Shown here: one piece after another, positions 41,385-51,521 of the stretch | How positions within the stretch are numbered: position 1 is the stretch's first letter | Layout of the letters: every line of letters starts with the position of its first letter | NCBI GenBank assembly: GCA_913058255.1 | Contig: CAJXQU010000012.1 | Coordinates: 6,869 to 70,868 of the forward strand | Length of the DNA: 64,000 nt | Direction of reading: 5' to 3' | Source: an uncultured Pseudomonadota bacterium | Lineage (GTDB): Bacteria; Pseudomonadota; Gammaproteobacteria; CAJXQU01 | Translations under genes and position numbers: made by a program | Notes under the pieces: model-generated | What the model was told of the DNA's origin: nothing | What the model saw: only the letters and a program-made list of their open reading frames with translations | Database searches by the model: none

Positions 41385-41711
41385 TTATTGATGGTCTCTA
41401 CTCGACATTTGCAAGACTCGATCAGCGAGTTCAACAACACGAGCAGCGACAAAAAAGATAATAGATAAGTTTAAACACGTAAGACAGACTCTTAGGCTGG
41501 TTCCTTCTATCGTCATTGTCCCAGAGACCCAATATACTATTAGTGATAAGACTGAAACAGATAGAGTTATAACGCCAGCCCAGTCAAAAAAGCGTGCCAC
41601 GATGCCTTGCGGTGCTCGGCGAAAGCGCATGGTTAAATCTTTTCTATCTACAGAATTGATGAGCATTATTAATAAACCTCTTTGAATAATTCTATATGCA
41701 TTAACATACAA
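41385..41711 (-). CDS. Hypothetical small membrane protein
   Basis: 108-aa ORF with two hydrophobic segments, upstream of the PTP gene on the same strand. No homology recognised. Confidence 0.3.
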   Translation of the reverse strand: MYVNAYRIIQRGLLIMLINSVDRKDLTMRFRRAPQGIVARFFDWAGVITLSVSVLSLIVYWVSGTMTIEGTSLRVCLTCLNLSIIFFVAARVVELADRVLQMSSRDHQ

Positions 41712-41938
41712 TTTATTATGTGCACATTATAGGCCTGTTCAATGCGGTAGTGGGTATTCGATGCTTGTGTTTGCAGTAGTTAACACGAAGCTGAACAGAG
41801 AGTTAAATTTAAGATTTTTTATCAAAATTTCTGCACCCTAGATTGTCTAATGTAGACTTAAAATGAGCTATTGTTGATTTACTTGAAAAGTATAGTAAAA
41901 AAGATGTATTCCAAACCCAGCTTTAACCTATTCGACTC

Positions 41939-42694
41939 TTAAAGGAGTTGCTTGGCTTTCTCTAGGTCTGCTTGTGTGTCAATGCCGATACCTGCAAACT
42001 CCTTTGCCACTTCAACCTTGATACGATAACCGTGATACACCACTCTTAGCTGTTCTAGGCTCTCCTGTTGTTCGATCTGACAAGCTTCAAGCTGGGGATA
42101 TTTTTTTAGAAATTTTGTGCGATAGGCATAGAGTCCAATGTGGCGAAAACAATTATCAATAAGCGTTATATTTTTGCCTTCTGCCTGACCATAACTGTCA
42201 CGAACCCATGGGATTGGAGCACGACTAAAATAAAGAGCGTGTTTAAGATGATCGACAACAACCTTAACTACATTTGGATCAAAAATGTCATCTGCAGACG
42301 TTATCGTTTCACATAGAGTAGACATCGCAGAATCCGGTGAACCCTTTAATGTATCCGCAACCTGATCAAGCAAGCTCGCGGGCATCATCGGTTCATCACC
42401 TTGTAAATTAACGACAATCTCATCATCTTTAAGCTGTAACTGTTCGACCACTTCTGACAGCCGATCAGTTCCAGATGGGTGATCCTTCCGTGTCATACAC
42501 ACCTTTGCACCAAAACCTACAGCAACTTTCTCAATCCGGACATCATCAGTTGCAACAATAACCTCTCTTGCCGAACTTTTGATAGCGCGTTCATAGACAT
42601 GTTGGATCAATGGTTTACCATTTATGTCGATCAAAGGCTTGCCGGGTAAACGTGTCGAACTATATCGCGAAGGAATGATTATTGTGTAAGACAT
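41939..42694 (-). CDS. kdsB: 3-deoxy-manno-octulosonate cytidylyltransferase (CMP-KDO synthetase)
   Basis: IIIPSRYSSTRLPGKPL and NLQGDEP motifs. 251 aa. Confidence 0.9.
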   Translation of the reverse strand: MSYTIIIPSRYSSTRLPGKPLIDINGKPLIQHVYERAIKSSAREVIVATDDVRIEKVAVGFGAKVCMTRKDHPSGTDRLSEVVEQLQLKDDEIVVNLQGDEPMMPASLLDQVADTLKGSPDSAMSTLCETITSADDIFDPNVVKVVVDHLKHALYFSRAPIPWVRDSYGQAEGKNITLIDNCFRHIGLYAYRTKFLKKYPQLEACQIEQQESLEQLRVVYHGYRIKVEVAKEFAGIGIDTQADLEKAKQLL

Positions 42695-42696
42695 CC

Positions 42697-42888
42697 TTAC
42701 TTTCTCAACGCCTCTGCTTCTTCACTGCTTAAAGTCCTAGCTTGGTCTTCCAACATAACAGGAATTTCATCACGGATAGGATAAGCCAACTTTGCAGATA
42801 AGGAGATCAATTCAGCATTTGGTTTATCATAAATAAGTGGTCCTTTTGTAACAGGGCAGACAAGTATTTCTAGTAATTTTTTATCCAT
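42697..42888 (-). CDS. ycaR: Trm112-family small protein (YcaR/UPF0434)
   Basis: 63 aa with [14 protein letters not shown]; lies in the conserved position between lpxK and kdsB. Confidence 0.8.
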   Translation of the reverse strand: MDKKLLEILVCPVTKGPLIYDKPNAELISLSAKLAYPIRDEIPVMLEDQARTLSSEEAEALRK

Positions 42889-42928
42889 ATTATCTCCTTC
42901 AAATCTTACGTTACTGTGCGAAACGTAA

Positions 42929-43921
42929 CTAGTTATGGTCTTTCAACATATGTTGTAAACGCTGTTCAAATATTTTCGGCAATTGTGCCTCGATCGACAC
43001 GTACCAAAGATTTAGGTTTGAGAACGTCAAACATTTTACCGCATCTTTCTCTGTCATGATGACAGGTTTATTATCATTAAAAGTTAGATCGGCTGCTTGA
43101 TATACATAGTGATCAGGAAATGCATGCTCAATAAGCTTCAAACCCTGCATGCGTAAACTCTCAAAAAAACGATCAGGATTACCTATTCCAGCAATAGCAT
43201 GGACGGTTTCATTTTGAAAATCATTAATAGAACGGCTTTCATTGCCTGACACTTGTAAAATATTAACGGCATGAAAGTACATAGAGAATTCACCTTCAAA
43301 CTCTCCACCATTACAGACAATGGCATCAACTGAATTTAATCGACAAGTTGGCTCACGGAGCGGGCCTGCAGGTAAGCATCTGCCATTGCCATGACGGCGC
43401 TGACTGTCAATCACACAGATCTCAAAATCACGTTGCAAAGAATAGTGTTGTAAGCCATCGTCACTGATCAAGATATCGCAATCCTGCTCAGCCAGTAGAC
43501 GACTGCCAGCCTCAAATCGATCGGGAGAGACATATAAGGGGACGCCTGTTTGTCTTACTATAACAACTGGCTCATCGCCAACTTGCATGACATCACTATC
43601 AGCATGCACTTGCTGTGGCCACTCTTGGCTTTGGCCTCCATAGCCTCGGCTAATAATCCCTGGCTTAAATCCCTGATCTTGCAAAAATTTAGCTAACCAG
43701 ATCACGAGCGGAGTCTTTCCTGTTCCACCGACTGAAATATTACCAACAATAATTACCGGAACAACAAGCTTATGGCTACGCAATAGGCCGTTTGAATACG
43801 CTTGTCGGCGTAATCTTGCGACTCCCCTAAACAACCAGCTCAGCGGTAACAATAATAAACTTAATGGATGATGAGGTGTTTCATACCAAATTTTCAGCCA
43901 TCCATCTTTTTTCTGATTCAT
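42929..43921 (-). CDS. lpxK: Tetraacyldisaccharide 4'-kinase
   Basis: Walker-A-like [16 protein letters not shown]. 330 aa. Confidence 0.9.
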   Translation of the reverse strand: MNQKKDGWLKIWYETPHHPLSLLLLPLSWLFRGVARLRRQAYSNGLLRSHKLVVPVIIVGNISVGGTGKTPLVIWLAKFLQDQGFKPGIISRGYGGQSQEWPQQVHADSDVMQVGDEPVVIVRQTGVPLYVSPDRFEAGSRLLAEQDCDILISDDGLQHYSLQRDFEICVIDSQRRHGNGRCLPAGPLREPTCRLNSVDAIVCNGGEFEGEFSMYFHAVNILQVSGNESRSINDFQNETVHAIAGIGNPDRFFESLRMQGLKLIEHAFPDHYVYQAADLTFNDNKPVIMTEKDAVKCLTFSNLNLWYVSIEAQLPKIFEQRLQHMLKDHN

Positions 43922-43939
43922 GCTTTAAAACTAAGACAA

Positions 43940-44359
43940 CTACTGTTCTTTCTTGCGTTCAGTTGCAAAGGTGATTCGTAAAAAGTTTAAACGTCTTGCG
44001 GCATCGAGTACTGATACAACAGCTTGGTGTGTTGTTTGTTTATCCGCATTGACAACAATAAGTGGTTTTTTATTGTTACCGGCCGCCTCTTTGATCGCTT
44101 TTTCTATTGTCTCAGCTTGACTGTTGACCAATGGGATCTCATTGATGAAATATCGACCTCGAGCATCTATCGAAATTTTAATAGCATCCTCTTCATCCGG
44201 TGCGATAGAAGTGCTCGCTTCAGGCAAATCCAGTTTTATTTCAGACTCTTTAACGAAGGTTGTCGAAACCATAAAAAAGATCAGTAGCAGGAAAACAACG
44301 TCAATCAGTGGTGTTAAATTGAGATCGACTTCGTCTTCTTTACGAGGTCGAAGGTTCAT
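43940..44359 (-). CDS. exbD: Biopolymer transport protein ExbD/TolR family
   Basis: LNLTPLIDVVFLLLIFFMV TM helix plus a periplasmic domain. 139 aa. Confidence 0.85.
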   Translation of the reverse strand: MNLRPRKEDEVDLNLTPLIDVVFLLLIFFMVSTTFVKESEIKLDLPEASTSIAPDEEDAIKISIDARGRYFINEIPLVNSQAETIEKAIKEAAGNNKKPLIVVNADKQTTHQAVVSVLDAARRLNFLRITFATERKKEQ

Positions 44360-45135
44360 CAGTCCAACTCCTTATCTTTCTTGGTAGTTTTAGGTCTTAC
44401 ATTTTTTGTAGAAACTTTTCTTTTACTTGTTTTTTTCACCGTTTTTGGTTTTTCAAGTTCTTCTGTTGGCTCATCAGTACTAGGCTCAGCTTTATCTGGA
44501 TCTGGAGCCACTTCTTTCTTAGCCTCATTCTCTCGCTCACCATGCATTACCTCAATCAGCTTAAGCGCTTCTTGCTCCATGCCGACCACGAGTTCATCTA
44601 TTTTACCCTTGAAATAACGATAAAAAATCAGAGAAGGAATAGCAATGGAAAGACCGGCAGCTGTCGTGATTAATGCTTTCGAAATACCGCCGGCAAGCAC
44701 TGTCGCATCACCGACACCTCGACTAGTGATAGCAGAAAAAACCTCGATCATCCCAAAAACGGTACCAAGCAAACCAAGTAATGGTGTGATCGCTGCAATG
44801 GTTCCAAGTGTATTTAGATACTTTTCAAGATCATGAACAACATGACGACCGACTTCCTCGATACTTTCTTTCATGACTTCACGGTCATGTTTTTGATTGA
44901 CCAAACCAGCAGACAATATTCGACCAAGTGGTGAACCGGTTCTCAAACTATGAATACGTTTTGGATCAATAGTTCCAGCCTTAGTCCATTGCCATACTTG
45001 CGCAACTAGGTTGTCTGGAATAATTCGCTTTCGGCGCAAGGCCAAAAAACGCTCAACGATGATGGCTAGTGCAACAACCGAACAGATCAAAATTGGCAGC
45101 ATCAAAAAACCACCCGCTTTTACGAAATCAAACAC
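44359..45135 (-). CDS. exbB: MotA/TolQ/ExbB proton-channel protein with a Lys/Glu-rich C-terminal tail
   Basis: Three TM helices including the conserved TAAGLSIAIP segment. ATGA overlap with exbD. Roughly 60-aa charged tail. Confidence 0.85.
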   Translation of the reverse strand: MFDFVKAGGFLMLPILICSVVALAIIVERFLALRRKRIIPDNLVAQVWQWTKAGTIDPKRIHSLRTGSPLGRILSAGLVNQKHDREVMKESIEEVGRHVVHDLEKYLNTLGTIAAITPLLGLLGTVFGMIEVFSAITSRGVGDATVLAGGISKALITTAAGLSIAIPSLIFYRYFKGKIDELVVGMEQEALKLIEVMHGERENEAKKEVAPDPDKAEPSTDEPTEELEKPKTVKKTSKRKVSTKNVRPKTTKKDKELD

Positions 45136-45204
45136 TTGTACTTCCCCTCGCTCTCACTTCTATTTGGGAGCAGACCATATCAGAGTCAACTCGTTCCGAA
45201 AAGA

Positions 45205-47514
45205 CTATTCTACATGATTACGGTTCCAGAAATGACTATGATTTTGACGATAAAGCTCAGGGCTTGAAATTGTTTTATCGATCATAAAGCTAATAGCACC
45301 TTCTTTGCTTGTCTCTAATAGTTTGAGACCCGCAGTTTGATAGCGTTTTTCGATCTTCTTGGCCGGATGGTGAAAGCGATTTCGATACCCTGCCGAGATT
45401 AAGACGTATTCAGGTGATGTCGCTGAGATAAATGCGAGTGTCGAAGAAGTTTTGCTTCCATGATGTGGAGCAATCAATATATCAATATCGAGTTGATCTT
45501 TATGCTCTGCTATTAATCTAGACTCTATCTTTGCTTCAATATCGCCTGTGAGCAAAACAGAGCCATATCCATTATCTACTTTGAGCACACAAGAACGATT
45601 ATTCTGGCTAAGTTCTGATGTGTTGGCTTCTGGGTGTAGGACTTCGAAACTAACACCATCCCAATTCCATTGTTGCCCTGCAAGGCAATGTTCAATATTA
45701 AAATCAGCAAACTGTTCAGGAACAGAACTCAAGGTTTGCTTAATAAACAGTTCCTTGGCTAAGGATGAGTAACCACCTGCATGATCATTGTCGCCATGGC
45801 TAACAATTACGGTGTCTAGGTTATCGATGTCACTCGCATGCAAATAAGGGAGTAACACCATCTTTCCAAGATCGAAATTGTCATTGAATTTAGCCCCTGT
45901 ATCATAAACTAGAACATGATTTTTTGTTCTGATGACCGTCGATAAGCCCTGTCCTACATCCAGTAATGTCAGTGAATAATCACCATGTGCTGGCGGCTCT
46001 GTTCGAATTAGAACGGCAGGAATTATGAAAAGAAGCCCAAGCCAACGACCAGGAAGCCCTTTCGGCATTAAGAAGAGAGCTACCGCAAAAAGACTTAACA
46101 GACATGCAATTGCTGAAGAAATATTTCCACTCAAACTACTGAAAGGTAATGCTGCAATTTTTTCTAATATTGGCCAAAACAACTCAATGAGGTAGTCAGA
46201 GCTACTAAGTAACAGTATTCCTAAAGGTTTAAAGATACTTAAAAAGGCTATTCCTAATAAGATCATGGGTGTGATCAACAGTGTAAAGAATGGTACTGCG
46301 ATGATATTTGCAACGGGCCCTAGCAACGGGTTTTGACCGAAGAATATCAATAGGATCGGTGATAGACCTATTGCAAGAATGAAATGGACCTTTAACGAAG
46401 TTCGCCAGAGTTTAGGTGCTTTAGTTCGGCCTGAGACAGTATAAAAAATAATGGCCACTGCGGAAAATGATAACCAAAATCCAGGTGCAATCACCGATGC
46501 TGGCGAGAACAGCAAAACGCTAAAGAGTGCGATAGAGAAAATATCAAAACGTGACATTTCTCTATGCGATAAAAGACACAGCATGATAACGGTCACCATG
46601 ATCAGTGCGCGCTGAGTCGGTATCGAAAAACCCGCTAAACCCGCATAGACAAATGCGCCGAGGATAGCAAAAATCGCCCCAGCTTTTACGGCTGGTAACC
46701 AATGCAACGTAATTACAGGCAATGACCAAAACCAACGTCCGATGAAAAAAGCTAATGCAGCAATGAAACTGATATGTAGGCCTGAAATGGCGGTTAAATG
46801 AATGGTTCCTGTTTTACGTAATATACGCCAGTCTGTTTGATTTATATCATCTTTGATACCCAGCCCCATCGCTGGAATGATGCCGTTAACATGGCCTACA
46901 GAAGATCTTAGATCATCATAAATATTTGCACGCCAACGATGGATGTTTTGTAAGATACTAACCGTTACCATATCTAACTTATGTGCTTGCTTTATATAAC
47001 CCGTTGCATTGATCCCTTGTTGAAACAAACTAGCTTCATAATCTCTCCCTCCTGGGTTCATAAAACCATTAGGGCGCTTTAAACGGATGGTAAACTGCCA
47101 TGTCTCCCCTGCTGACACGATCGGAGGATTAAGCTGAGAACCCTTCTCGTACCAACTCAACTTAACTAAATAAGGCCGTATTAGCTTTTGATCAATAGCC
47201 TCAATAGACTTTATTTTAAAAGTGAACTGTTGCTTGTTTGAATATCGACGAGGAAGATCAACAACACTCCCAGTTACAACGAGTGTTTGCCCTTCTAACT
47301 CATGAGGCAACTGGTTAATTAATACTAGATCGGCGCGAAAAAATGCCCAAATGAACCCACAGATAAACGCTATGAATAAACGTGAGTGTTTATTGAAAAG
47401 AAACAGAATACAGAAAGGGAGCAATGCTAGACACCAACTTTTTTCCGGCATCAGCGGAAGCTGGTAGAAAAGTAAAATACCGATAACAAATGCAAAAACC
47501 CGTGTTTTCATCAA
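45205..47514 (-). CDS. comEC: DNA internalization-related competence protein ComEC/Rec2
   Basis: 769 aa. Polytopic competence domain plus a C-terminal metallo-beta-lactamase fold (SHGDNDHAGG, HHGS). Confidence 0.8.
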   Translation of the reverse strand: MMKTRVFAFVIGILLFYQLPLMPEKSWCLALLPFCILFLFNKHSRLFIAFICGFIWAFFRADLVLINQLPHELEGQTLVVTGSVVDLPRRYSNKQQFTFKIKSIEAIDQKLIRPYLVKLSWYEKGSQLNPPIVSAGETWQFTIRLKRPNGFMNPGGRDYEASLFQQGINATGYIKQAHKLDMVTVSILQNIHRWRANIYDDLRSSVGHVNGIIPAMGLGIKDDINQTDWRILRKTGTIHLTAISGLHISFIAALAFFIGRWFWSLPVITLHWLPAVKAGAIFAILGAFVYAGLAGFSIPTQRALIMVTVIMLCLLSHREMSRFDIFSIALFSVLLFSPASVIAPGFWLSFSAVAIIFYTVSGRTKAPKLWRTSLKVHFILAIGLSPILLIFFGQNPLLGPVANIIAVPFFTLLITPMILLGIAFLSIFKPLGILLLSSSDYLIELFWPILEKIAALPFSSLSGNISSAIACLLSLFAVALFLMPKGLPGRWLGLLFIIPAVLIRTEPPAHGDYSLTLLDVGQGLSTVIRTKNHVLVYDTGAKFNDNFDLGKMVLLPYLHASDIDNLDTVIVSHGDNDHAGGYSSLAKELFIKQTLSSVPEQFADFNIEHCLAGQQWNWDGVSFEVLHPEANTSELSQNNRSCVLKVDNGYGSVLLTGDIEAKIESRLIAEHKDQLDIDILIAPHHGSKTSSTLAFISATSPEYVLISAGYRNRFHHPAKKIEKRYQTAGLKLLETSKEGAISFMIDKTISSPELYRQNHSHFWNRNHVE

Positions 47515-47579
47515 GGTTATTTTAGTTGTGCTGAGTTATACTTTATACACTTGAATCAATTGTTAGCGTTTCCTGTTCA

Positions 47580-48101
47580 ATGGATCCCAGAAAGTTTTAT
47601 AAACAATATATACCGCAGCGTCAGCATTTTGATGACCATCAGTACTTTAAACATTTAGGGGACTGGTTTCACGAACCTAACCTCTGGCATCTGAATCGAC
47701 GCTCTGCTGCAAACGCAGTGGCTGTTGGACTGTTTATTTCTTATATCCCAATCCCTGGCCAAGTTATCTTAGCCGCTCTTGTGGCGATATTTGCCCGTAT
47801 AAACCTCCCCTTGGCCGTCACTTCTGTATTTTTGACGAACCCTATCACGATGGGGCCAATGTTCTTACTCGCTTATAACGTAGGCGCTACAGTCTTAGAT
47901 ATTCCAGCAGAGATAACGCATTTCGAACTATCCTATCAGTGGCTATCAGAAACAATGGTACATATCTGGAAACCGTTGCTTACCGGATGCTTTATACTGG
48001 GTGTCTTCGTTTCAGCCATAGGTAATCTTTTAGTTCGAATTCTATGGCGCTTCCATCTGGTTCGTCGCTGGCGTAATCGCCGTTCACAACGAAAACCTTA
48101 G
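47580..48101 (+). CDS. DUF2062-domain membrane protein
   Basis: 173 aa. WHLNRRSAANAVAVGLFISYIPIPGQ is typical of DUF2062. Divergent from comEC. Confidence 0.6.
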   Translation: MDPRKFYKQYIPQRQHFDDHQYFKHLGDWFHEPNLWHLNRRSAANAVAVGLFISYIPIPGQVILAALVAIFARINLPLAVTSVFLTNPITMGPMFLLAYNVGATVLDIPAEITHFELSYQWLSETMVHIWKPLLTGCFILGVFVSAIGNLLVRILWRFHLVRRWRNRRSQRKP

Positions 48102-48191
48102 CTCCTCCGGCCTCCACACACTTCTAAAGTTTCAGGTACAAATTCCGATAAGTAGTGCATGTAAACAGGCTGTAACACAAAACACGACACT

Positions 48192-50738
48192 ATGGATAAT
48201 AATGCCGACAACTCAATATCGAACTCTCTCGCGAATCAGGTAATCAAGGTATTTTCTGCTGTTGAAGCAAGCAGTGAAGGCATCTTCGTTACTGATATTA
48301 AAGGTAGAGTTGAATATGCCAACCAAAACTTTCTTGCTATAAGCGGTTGGTCTGAAGATGAAATCCTCGGCAGATCAATTAGTGAAATTCCTCATTCAAA
48401 AAACATTGCTTTAAAACTATTGGAGTCCCTCAACAAAGGAACTTCTTGGAGTATGAGACACCAAGTTTCATCTACTTTAAAAGCAAGAGAAAGAGGAAAA
48501 CCTAAGTTGACCTGGGTTCGCACAACAGTGGATCCCATTGAGGAATTATCCGGAGAAATATCAGGCTACATCGGTGTGCAACGTATTATCCATGATGAAG
48601 TGGAGCGAGAACTACAAGCCAAAAAAGAACTCAGCAATATTCTAGGTCTTGCCATCAAACAAGAAAGAACACTAGAAACCCTAAACAAATCCTATGAAGA
48701 GGCTTTACTGCAAGTTGCCACAAAGTCAGAGTTTCTAGCCAATATGAGTCATGAGATCAGAACACCTTTGAATGGGGTGCTAGGTATGGCTGAGTTATTA
48801 CAAGAAACCTCTTTAAATAATAAACAGTCACACCTGACTGAAATCATTCATCAATCAGGCAAAAATCTACTCAATTTAATTAACGATATTCTTGATCTAT
48901 CTAAGATCGAAGCGAACAAATTAGAGCTCAAAAATTCACCTAATGACCTACGTCTAATTGTAGAAGAAGTAGCGAGCACCTTTTCTGAACGTGCTTGTAA
49001 CAAAGGATTAGAACTAACATGCATCTATCCTGCGAATGATCACTCTTTGTTTATTTGTGATCGACAAAGACTCACTCAAATACTAAGTAATCTACTAAAC
49101 AACGCGATCAAATTTACGGATGTTGGTGAGGTGGTGATAGAAGTTAAGTTCGAAGAATTGAAAGGTAAACCTACTGTAATAATTGAGGTTAGAGATACAG
49201 GTATAGGTATATCCAAAGAAGATCAGGAAGCTATTTTTGGTTCGTTCTCACAATCATTACAAACACCAGAGCAAGCTGCTCAAGGTACTGGGCTTGGATT
49301 AACGATATGCAGACACCTTGCTGACCTGATGGGTGGTGAAATTGGCGTCAAAAGCAAACGTGGTGAAGGAGCGACTTTCTGGTTAGCAATCAGTTTTGAA
49401 AAAGATTCAGAACAAAGTCTTCAAACACAAACATCATCGAAAGAAGAACCCTTAAAAGGCTTGAAAGTTTTAATCGTAGATGACAACGAATCGAGTAGTA
49501 AAAATATTGCCCATCAATTAAAAGAGTGGAATATTGAACCAAACATGGTAGAAGATTTTTCTGCAGCTTTGATATTATTGGAAAAAGCCAAGCAAGAAGG
49601 AAAACCTTTTTCTATCGCCATGTTAGATCATGACATGCAAGAGTTTAGTGGTATCAATTTATCAGTCACCGTTAAGAAAAATAAAGCACTTGCAGACATA
49701 CCCTTAATTCTAATGAACTCTATTCGTGATCTTGAAGATACTATGGTGTGGACTACGGCTGGGGTTAAATCATACCTAACTAAACCCGTCAGACAATCAG
49801 ATTTATACAATGCCTTGATCGCCACGGTAAGCATTCCCAATAGAAAAAAAGAGTTGGAGTCCAGCAAAACTACTAGGGTCGAAAGCTTCAATGCGCATGT
49901 TTTGATCGCAGAAGACAATCCAGTTAATCAAGAGCTAGTCAAAATGTTACTCACTAAGCATGGCTGTACCTATAGCATAGCTAGAAATGGTGAGGAAGCT
50001 ATTGATCTTATCGAGACTCAAACAGACAAGCCATTTGATCTAATTTTGATGGATTGTCAGATGCCCATTATGGATGGATATGAAGCAACAAAAAGAATTC
50101 GTGCCATCATTGAGCCTGAAGTATCTATACCCATCGTCGCTATTACAGCAAACTCTATGGAAGGTGATCAGGATAAATGCATAGCATCAGGGATGGATGA
50201 TTATCTAACAAAGCCTTTCAGCCAGAAACAATTAGCCGTTACTTTGCAAAAATGGTTGCCTAATAAGATTTCAACTCCCCGAAAGGAATCTCTCTCTTCC
50301 ACAGTTGGCTCATTCGAACCTGAGGCTAATGAGGTTAATGTAACGAAAGGGACAGATACAGTACAGCTTGATGAAACAGAAACCGATATTTCTGAGCTAT
50401 TAAATAGAAACACTATTGATAATATACGTTCACTACAACGAGAAGGCTCTCCAGATATTCTAGGCAAAATCGTTGGCCTTTATCTCGATAATTCAAATAA
50501 AATAATGCAAGAAATAGAACAATCAGTTAGCGACAAAGATGGTAAATCTCTACGAAGTAGTGCTCACAGCCTTAAATCAAGCAGTGCCAACCTCGGGGCA
50601 GACAGGCTAGCAGACATGTGTAAAGCGATGGAACTTTGTGGAAAAGATAACCAGCTCAGTTCTGTTGATATCCAGTTTAAACAGCTCAAAAAACAATATG
50701 AAGTTACCTGTAATGCATTGAAGTTAGAGATCAGGTAA
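48192..50738 (+). CDS. Cytoplasmic hybrid sensor histidine kinase (PAS - HisKA - HATPase_c - REC - REC - HPt)
   Basis: PAS (FVTDIKGRVEYANQNF), H-box SHEIRTPLNGVLGMAELL, G-boxes (DTGIGI, GTGLGLTICR), two receiver domains (LIVDDN...LD; LIAEDNPVNQ...LMDCQMPIMDG) and a C-terminal HPt (SAHSLKSSSANLGA). No TM segments. Confidence 0.85.
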   Translation: MDNNADNSISNSLANQVIKVFSAVEASSEGIFVTDIKGRVEYANQNFLAISGWSEDEILGRSISEIPHSKNIALKLLESLNKGTSWSMRHQVSSTLKARERGKPKLTWVRTTVDPIEELSGEISGYIGVQRIIHDEVERELQAKKELSNILGLAIKQERTLETLNKSYEEALLQVATKSEFLANMSHEIRTPLNGVLGMAELLQETSLNNKQSHLTEIIHQSGKNLLNLINDILDLSKIEANKLELKNSPNDLRLIVEEVASTFSERACNKGLELTCIYPANDHSLFICDRQRLTQILSNLLNNAIKFTDVGEVVIEVKFEELKGKPTVIIEVRDTGIGISKEDQEAIFGSFSQSLQTPEQAAQGTGLGLTICRHLADLMGGEIGVKSKRGEGATFWLAISFEKDSEQSLQTQTSSKEEPLKGLKVLIVDDNESSSKNIAHQLKEWNIEPNMVEDFSAALILLEKAKQEGKPFSIAMLDHDMQEFSGINLSVTVKKNKALADIPLILMNSIRDLEDTMVWTTAGVKSYLTKPVRQSDLYNALIATVSIPNRKKELESSKTTRVESFNAHVLIAEDNPVNQELVKMLLTKHGCTYSIARNGEEAIDLIETQTDKPFDLILMDCQMPIMDGYEATKRIRAIIEPEVSIPIVAITANSMEGDQDKCIASGMDDYLTKPFSQKQLAVTLQKWLPNKISTPRKESLSSTVGSFEPEANEVNVTKGTDTVQLDETETDISELLNRNTIDNIRSLQREGSPDILGKIVGLYLDNSNKIMQEIEQSVSDKDGKSLRSSAHSLKSSSANLGADRLADMCKAMELCGKDNQLSSVDIQFKQLKKQYEVTCNALKLEIR

Positions 50739-51521
50739 TACTTGTACAGGGCAGATCGACTCTGTTCTAGGTAGATCAAAAATTTCGGGGTAAAAAACTT
50801 TAACCAGATACAAACCATCCGGTGGTGCCGTCACTCCTCCTAAGCGACGATCTCTACATTCTAAAACGTCACGAGCCCATTCAGGCTTAGCTCTCTCCAT
50901 ACCAACTTCCATCAGGACACCAGATATATTTCTAACCATGTGGTGAAGAAAAGCATTTGCTTCTATTTCCAGTGTAATAATCGGACCCTGTTTCCTGAGC
51001 TCTAAGCGATAAATAGTTCTAATCGGTGAGTGTGCCTGACAAGCTTGTGATCGATAGGCCGAAAAATCATGTGTGCCAATTAAGAATGAAGCCGCTTGCT
51101 TCATTTTTTCTAACGATAGAGGTCTACGTTCCCATACCACTTTTTTACTCAAAAAAGCAGAACGTGCCTGACGATTTAAAATATAGTATTGATACACTCG
51201 TCGTGTAGCAGAAAACCGAGCATGAAAATCTTCCTGAACCTGTTTGATCCATTTAACACTAATATCATTAGGCAGGTTAGCATTAACGCCAAATAACCAG
51301 GCGCTATCTTTTCTTATAACATCTGTCTCAATGTGGACAACTTGGCCAAGCCCATGGACGCCTGTATCTGTTCTACCTGCGCAATACACGCGAACCGGCT
51401 GATCAGCAATTTGGGATATAGCTTTCTCTAAAACACCTTGAACGGTTGCAACATCATCCTGACTTTGCCAGCCATGATAGTTGCTACCATCGTATTCAAT
51501 TCCAAATGCTAGTTTCACAAT
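50724..51521 (-). CDS. truA: tRNA pseudouridine(38-40) synthase
   Basis: KLAFGIEYDGSNYHGWQSQ and the RTDTGVHG catalytic motif. Start placed at a GTG that forms a GTGA overlap with the upstream gene's stop; the longest ORF would extend to 51572. Confidence 0.8.
   Translation of the reverse strand: MVKLAFGIEYDGSNYHGWQSQDDVATVQGVLEKAISQIADQPVRVYCAGRTDTGVHGLGQVVHIETDVIRKDSAWLFGVNANLPNDISVKWIKQVQEDFHARFSATRRVYQYYILNRQARSAFLSKKVVWERRPLSLEKMKQAASFLIGTHDFSAYRSQACQAHSPIRTIYRLELRKQGPIITLEIEANAFLHHMVRNISGVLMEVGMERAKPEWARDVLECRDRRLGGVTAPPDGLYLVKVFYPEIFDLPRTESICPVQVLPDL

Noticed and set aside
49430-49800. First receiver domain of the hybrid kinase, considered as a possibly degenerate pseudo-receiver
   Set aside because: The acidic pair (DD in LIVDDNE) and a candidate phospho-acceptor Asp (AMLDHDM) are both present. 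Degeneracy cannot be claimed from sequence alone.
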